The notes under the pieces are model-generated. The model searched no databases, had not been told where the DNA came from, and saw only the letters and a program-made list of their open reading frames with translations. From NCBI GenBank assembly GCA_036229005.1, contig JAZAMN010000060.1, positions 1-17,019 on the forward strand: 17,019 nt of DNA, written 5' to 3'. Position numbers and translations under genes: made by a program. The DNA comes from Myxococcota bacterium (GTDB lineage: Bacteria > Myxococcota_A > UBA796 > CAJQPC01). This document shows, piece after piece, positions 14,298 to 17,019 of the stretch; within the stretch, counting starts at the first letter, position 1; each line of letters starts with the position of its first letter.

Positions 14298-15802
14298 CCC
14301 TCGATCTGGCCTGCCCCGAGTGCCGGGCGCCCCTGGATCCCACCCGGATCCTCAGCGACCCTTGGCGCCAGCGCATGCCCGGCGCCCGACGCTTCCAGGT
14401 CAGCACCCGGGGGGCGCGCCCCTACGTGCTGAGCTGCGGCGCGTGCCTCTGCGCGGTCCAGGTGGAGCTCTCCGGTGCGCCCCAGGTGGTCGAGATCGTC
14501 GCCCGCGGAGAGCGCCTGCGGGAGCTGGGCCGGGCCCTCCAACACTACCGCGACCCCTGGGACATGGTCGGCCCCATGCTGGCCGAGCCCTTCCACGCCG
14601 AGCTGCTGGGCACCCCCGAGCTCTTCGCCCGCATGGCCTCCGGGCTGGGCGACTTTGTGCGCTTGGTGCACCGCTGCCGCGTGGATCTGCGGGCCGCCCC
14701 CGACGACCTGCACATCCCCGTCGGCCCCCGCAACGTGGTCGAGCTCGACGCCCTCCCGGCCGGTCCCCGCCTGCCCATGGCCTTCAAGCTCTTCCCGGTG
14801 GGCCTGCGCAATGGCCTGCCGCTGCTGCGCGCCGACCGCATCAAGGGCGACCGCCAGCTCCCGGAGCTCGTGGTCCCCTGGGACTGGCTGCGCTTGCAGC
14901 CCGACAGCTACACGCCCCCCGCGGAGCTGCCCAGCCTGCCCTCGCCGGCGCCACCTGCTCCCGTTGAGCCGGTCTGGGAGGAGGAAGAAGAGGAGGTGAT
15001 CCCGGCAGCCCCGGAGATGCCAGCAGACCCCTTCGACCTCCCGGAGCCCGCGGGCTTGATGGGGCTGGAGCCCGCAGCCGAGGTCACCCTGGCGCCGACC
15101 TCCCCCCGCGAGACCGTCCTGGAGCAGGACCTGGACGCGGCCGCCCTGGAGGGCTGGGGGGACGACGCCGAAGACGAACACGACGAGAACTCCCACTGGA
15201 CCGCCCCCCGCGAGGCCCTGGGGGCCACCGAGCTGCCCGCCGACCTGTTGGAGCTGCTCACGGCCCGGCTGGGGCCGCCGCTGCGCAGCTTCGAGGACCT
15301 GGACGCCCCCTTGCCGCTGCGGGTGCACGCCTTCCAGACCCCCGGCGATGCCCGCTGCGTGACCCTGGTGAGCGACGGCATGCGCCAGTGGGAGATGCCC
15401 GCGCTGGGCAGCGGTCCCCGGCGGGTCGAGCTGATGTGGTCCCTGTCCGAGGACCTGGCCATGGAGCTGGACGACTGGGCGCTGCAGCTCTTCCTGCGCC
15501 TGGCGCGCAGCCCCCACGACACCCAGAGCGCGACCTGGCCGGGGGACGTGATGGGCCCGCTGCGCCCGGGCTTTGGCGAGACCGGCCTCAAGAACGCGCT
15601 GCTCTGGCCCACCCAGCTCCTGGACGAGGTGGATCGGGAGCCCCTGACGGCGGTCGGGCGCACCACCTTGCTGGCGATCTGGCCCCTCAGCCGCATGCTG
15701 GCTCGCCAAGCCGAGGACAACGGCGGCGAGGGCGTCATCCGCGATCTGAGCGCCGCCGGCCGGGACGAACGCTTCACCGCGGGCGGCGTGGGGCGGTCCT
15801 AG
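14294..15802 (+). CDS. Hypothetical protein: N-terminal Zn-ribbon-like CxxC pair, acidic/Pro linker, C-terminal suppressor-of-fused (SUFU)-like domain
   Basis: TTG start overlaps the upstream TGA (TTGA 14294-14297). CPEC at 14312 and CGAC at 14435. C-terminal TLVSDGM...RRVELMW...WALQLFLRLA...GDVM...LLAIWPLS pattern. Confidence 0.7.
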   Translation: MTLDLACPECRAPLDPTRILSDPWRQRMPGARRFQVSTRGARPYVLSCGACLCAVQVELSGAPQVVEIVARGERLRELGRALQHYRDPWDMVGPMLAEPFHAELLGTPELFARMASGLGDFVRLVHRCRVDLRAAPDDLHIPVGPRNVVELDALPAGPRLPMAFKLFPVGLRNGLPLLRADRIKGDRQLPELVVPWDWLRLQPDSYTPPAELPSLPSPAPPAPVEPVWEEEEEEVIPAAPEMPADPFDLPEPAGLMGLEPAAEVTLAPTSPRETVLEQDLDAAALEGWGDDAEDEHDENSHWTAPREALGATELPADLLELLTARLGPPLRSFEDLDAPLPLRVHAFQTPGDARCVTLVSDGMRQWEMPALGSGPRRVELMWSLSEDLAMELDDWALQLFLRLARSPHDTQSATWPGDVMGPLRPGFGETGLKNALLWPTQLLDEVDREPLTAVGRTTLLAIWPLSRMLARQAEDNGGEGVIRDLSAAGRDERFTAGGVGRS

Positions 15803-15911
15803 ATCCGTCGCCCCGCTGAGGGTGTGACCGAATGCAACAATGCCCGTCTTCCGGGGACGCTCTCGGGGCGCGCGCGGGTATGGGGGCCTCACCCAAGCCA
15901 GAGGCTCTGAG

Positions 15912-16982
15912 ATGCTCGCCTTGCTCCCCCTCTTCTTCCCCAGCGCGGCCCAGGCCGCAGACATCCACGTCTCGGTGGACCGCACCGGCGTGTTCGTGCT
16001 CGTGGACGGCCAGCGCACCGAGTGGGACGGCCCCACCGCGACCTTCACGGCCTCCGGCCTGCCCGAGGGCAGCCACCTGGTCCAGGTCTCCAAGTACAGC
16101 GGGAAGATCCTGGTCGAGCAGCGGGTGGCCGTGCTCGCCGACGACGAGGTCCGCATGGGCCTGAACAAGGGCGAGCTCCGCGAGTTCAGCCGCAGCAAGC
16201 TCGCGCCCGTCCAGGACGTGGTGGTCGTGGAGACCACCGAGCAGGTCCAGGTGCAGGCGGACAGCGTGAGCGTGGAGATGTCGGCGGGCGCCGGCGGCGC
16301 GAGCGTGGACATGCGGGATGGCGCTGGCGGCGTGTCCATCGAGATCAACGTCGACGAGCGCCGGGCTCCCCCGCCCCCGCCCCCGGGAAACAGCCTGGTG
16401 GTCACCCTCTCCGGCATGCCCTCCGCGGGCTTCGAGGCCACCGTGGACGGGCGCCGCGTGCGGGTCGATGAGCAGGACCGCTTCGTGGCCAGCGGCCTGT
16501 CCGCCGGCAGCCACCAGTTCGACCTGCTCTCTTCGGGGGAGCGCGTGATGGGCCAGAGCGTGCGGGTCTCCGAGGGGGTCAACCACTGCACCCTCTACGC
16601 GCGCTTCTCGGGCTGGGCGCTGGAGTGCCAGCAGAGCCAGGTCCAGAGCACCGTCGTGGTGGTCCAGGACCCCGGCCCGCCGCCCCCCCCTCCCGGCCCG
16701 GTGGTCGCCACGCCCCGGGAGGTCGACGCCATCCTGCGCGCGGTGGAGGACGCCAGCTTCTCCTCCGACCAGCTCGACGTGCTGCGCAGCGCCGCGGCCC
16801 ACCACCACTTCACCTGCGCACAGGCCGCGCGCTTGGTGGAGCCCCTGTCCTTCTCCTCCGACCAGGTGGAGGCGCTGCGCATCCTGCAGCCGGTGATCGT
16901 GGACCCCAAGAACGCCGTCGAGCTGGAGCTGCTGTTCACCTTCTCCTCCGACAAGGAGGAGGTCCGGCGGATGTTCCGCTGA
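15912..16982 (+). CDS. Secreted protein with two PEGA/Ig-like beta modules and a C-terminal DUF4476-like domain
   Basis: Start reassigned to ATG 15912 (GAGG upstream; signal MLALLPLFFPSAAQA). VDG...ASGL..GSH occurs twice. Poly-Pro linkers. C-terminus has three FSSD motifs, FTCAQ and IVDPKN. Confidence 0.8.
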   Translation: MLALLPLFFPSAAQAADIHVSVDRTGVFVLVDGQRTEWDGPTATFTASGLPEGSHLVQVSKYSGKILVEQRVAVLADDEVRMGLNKGELREFSRSKLAPVQDVVVVETTEQVQVQADSVSVEMSAGAGGASVDMRDGAGGVSIEINVDERRAPPPPPPGNSLVVTLSGMPSAGFEATVDGRRVRVDEQDRFVASGLSAGSHQFDLLSSGERVMGQSVRVSEGVNHCTLYARFSGWALECQQSQVQSTVVVVQDPGPPPPPPGPVVATPREVDAILRAVEDASFSSDQLDVLRSAAAHHHFTCAQAARLVEPLSFSSDQVEALRILQPVIVDPKNAVELELLFTFSSDKEEVRRMFR

Positions 16983-17019
16983 GCTGTTCGGCTTGCCTCT
17001 TCGGCTGGCCCGGTCGGTT

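Noticed and set aside
3687..16591. Long antisense or alternative-frame ORFs (e.g. 3687-5534, 5407-7845, 5477-7351, 9471-11711, 11886-14222, 14243-16591)
   Set aside because: Shadow ORFs expected in high-GC DNA, overlapping well-supported genes, with no recognisable domains.

Overview
GC-rich bacterial DNA. The gene content (Hanks-type kinases fused to STAND/TPR and FGE domains, DTG-repeat lipoprotein) suggests a Myxococcota-like organism, which is an inference. The window opens inside an IS3-family element (orfA/orfB with an A7G -1 frameshift site, right end at about 1218). An ~820-bp non-coding region follows and holds the most unusual signal: a chain of GC hairpins, then seven copies of a bipartite 22-bp motif, GGCTAC-N10-TGAGCG, spaced 30-31 bp apart. 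Three copies face one way and four the other, across a 99-bp spacer with phased CCCA(A)n tracts and a central dyad. The rest is coding: an orphan lipoprotein; a minus-strand run of aldehyde dehydrogenase, bestrophin, S8 protease lipoprotein and group II truncated hemoglobin; a small putative beta-barrel; two divergent Ser/Thr kinase genes (kinase-STAND-TPR and kinase-FGE) sharing a 57-bp, apparently leaderless bidirectional promoter; a coupled Zn-ribbon/SUFU-like protein; and a secreted DUF4476-like protein. Domain calls come from motif recognition by eye, not database searches.
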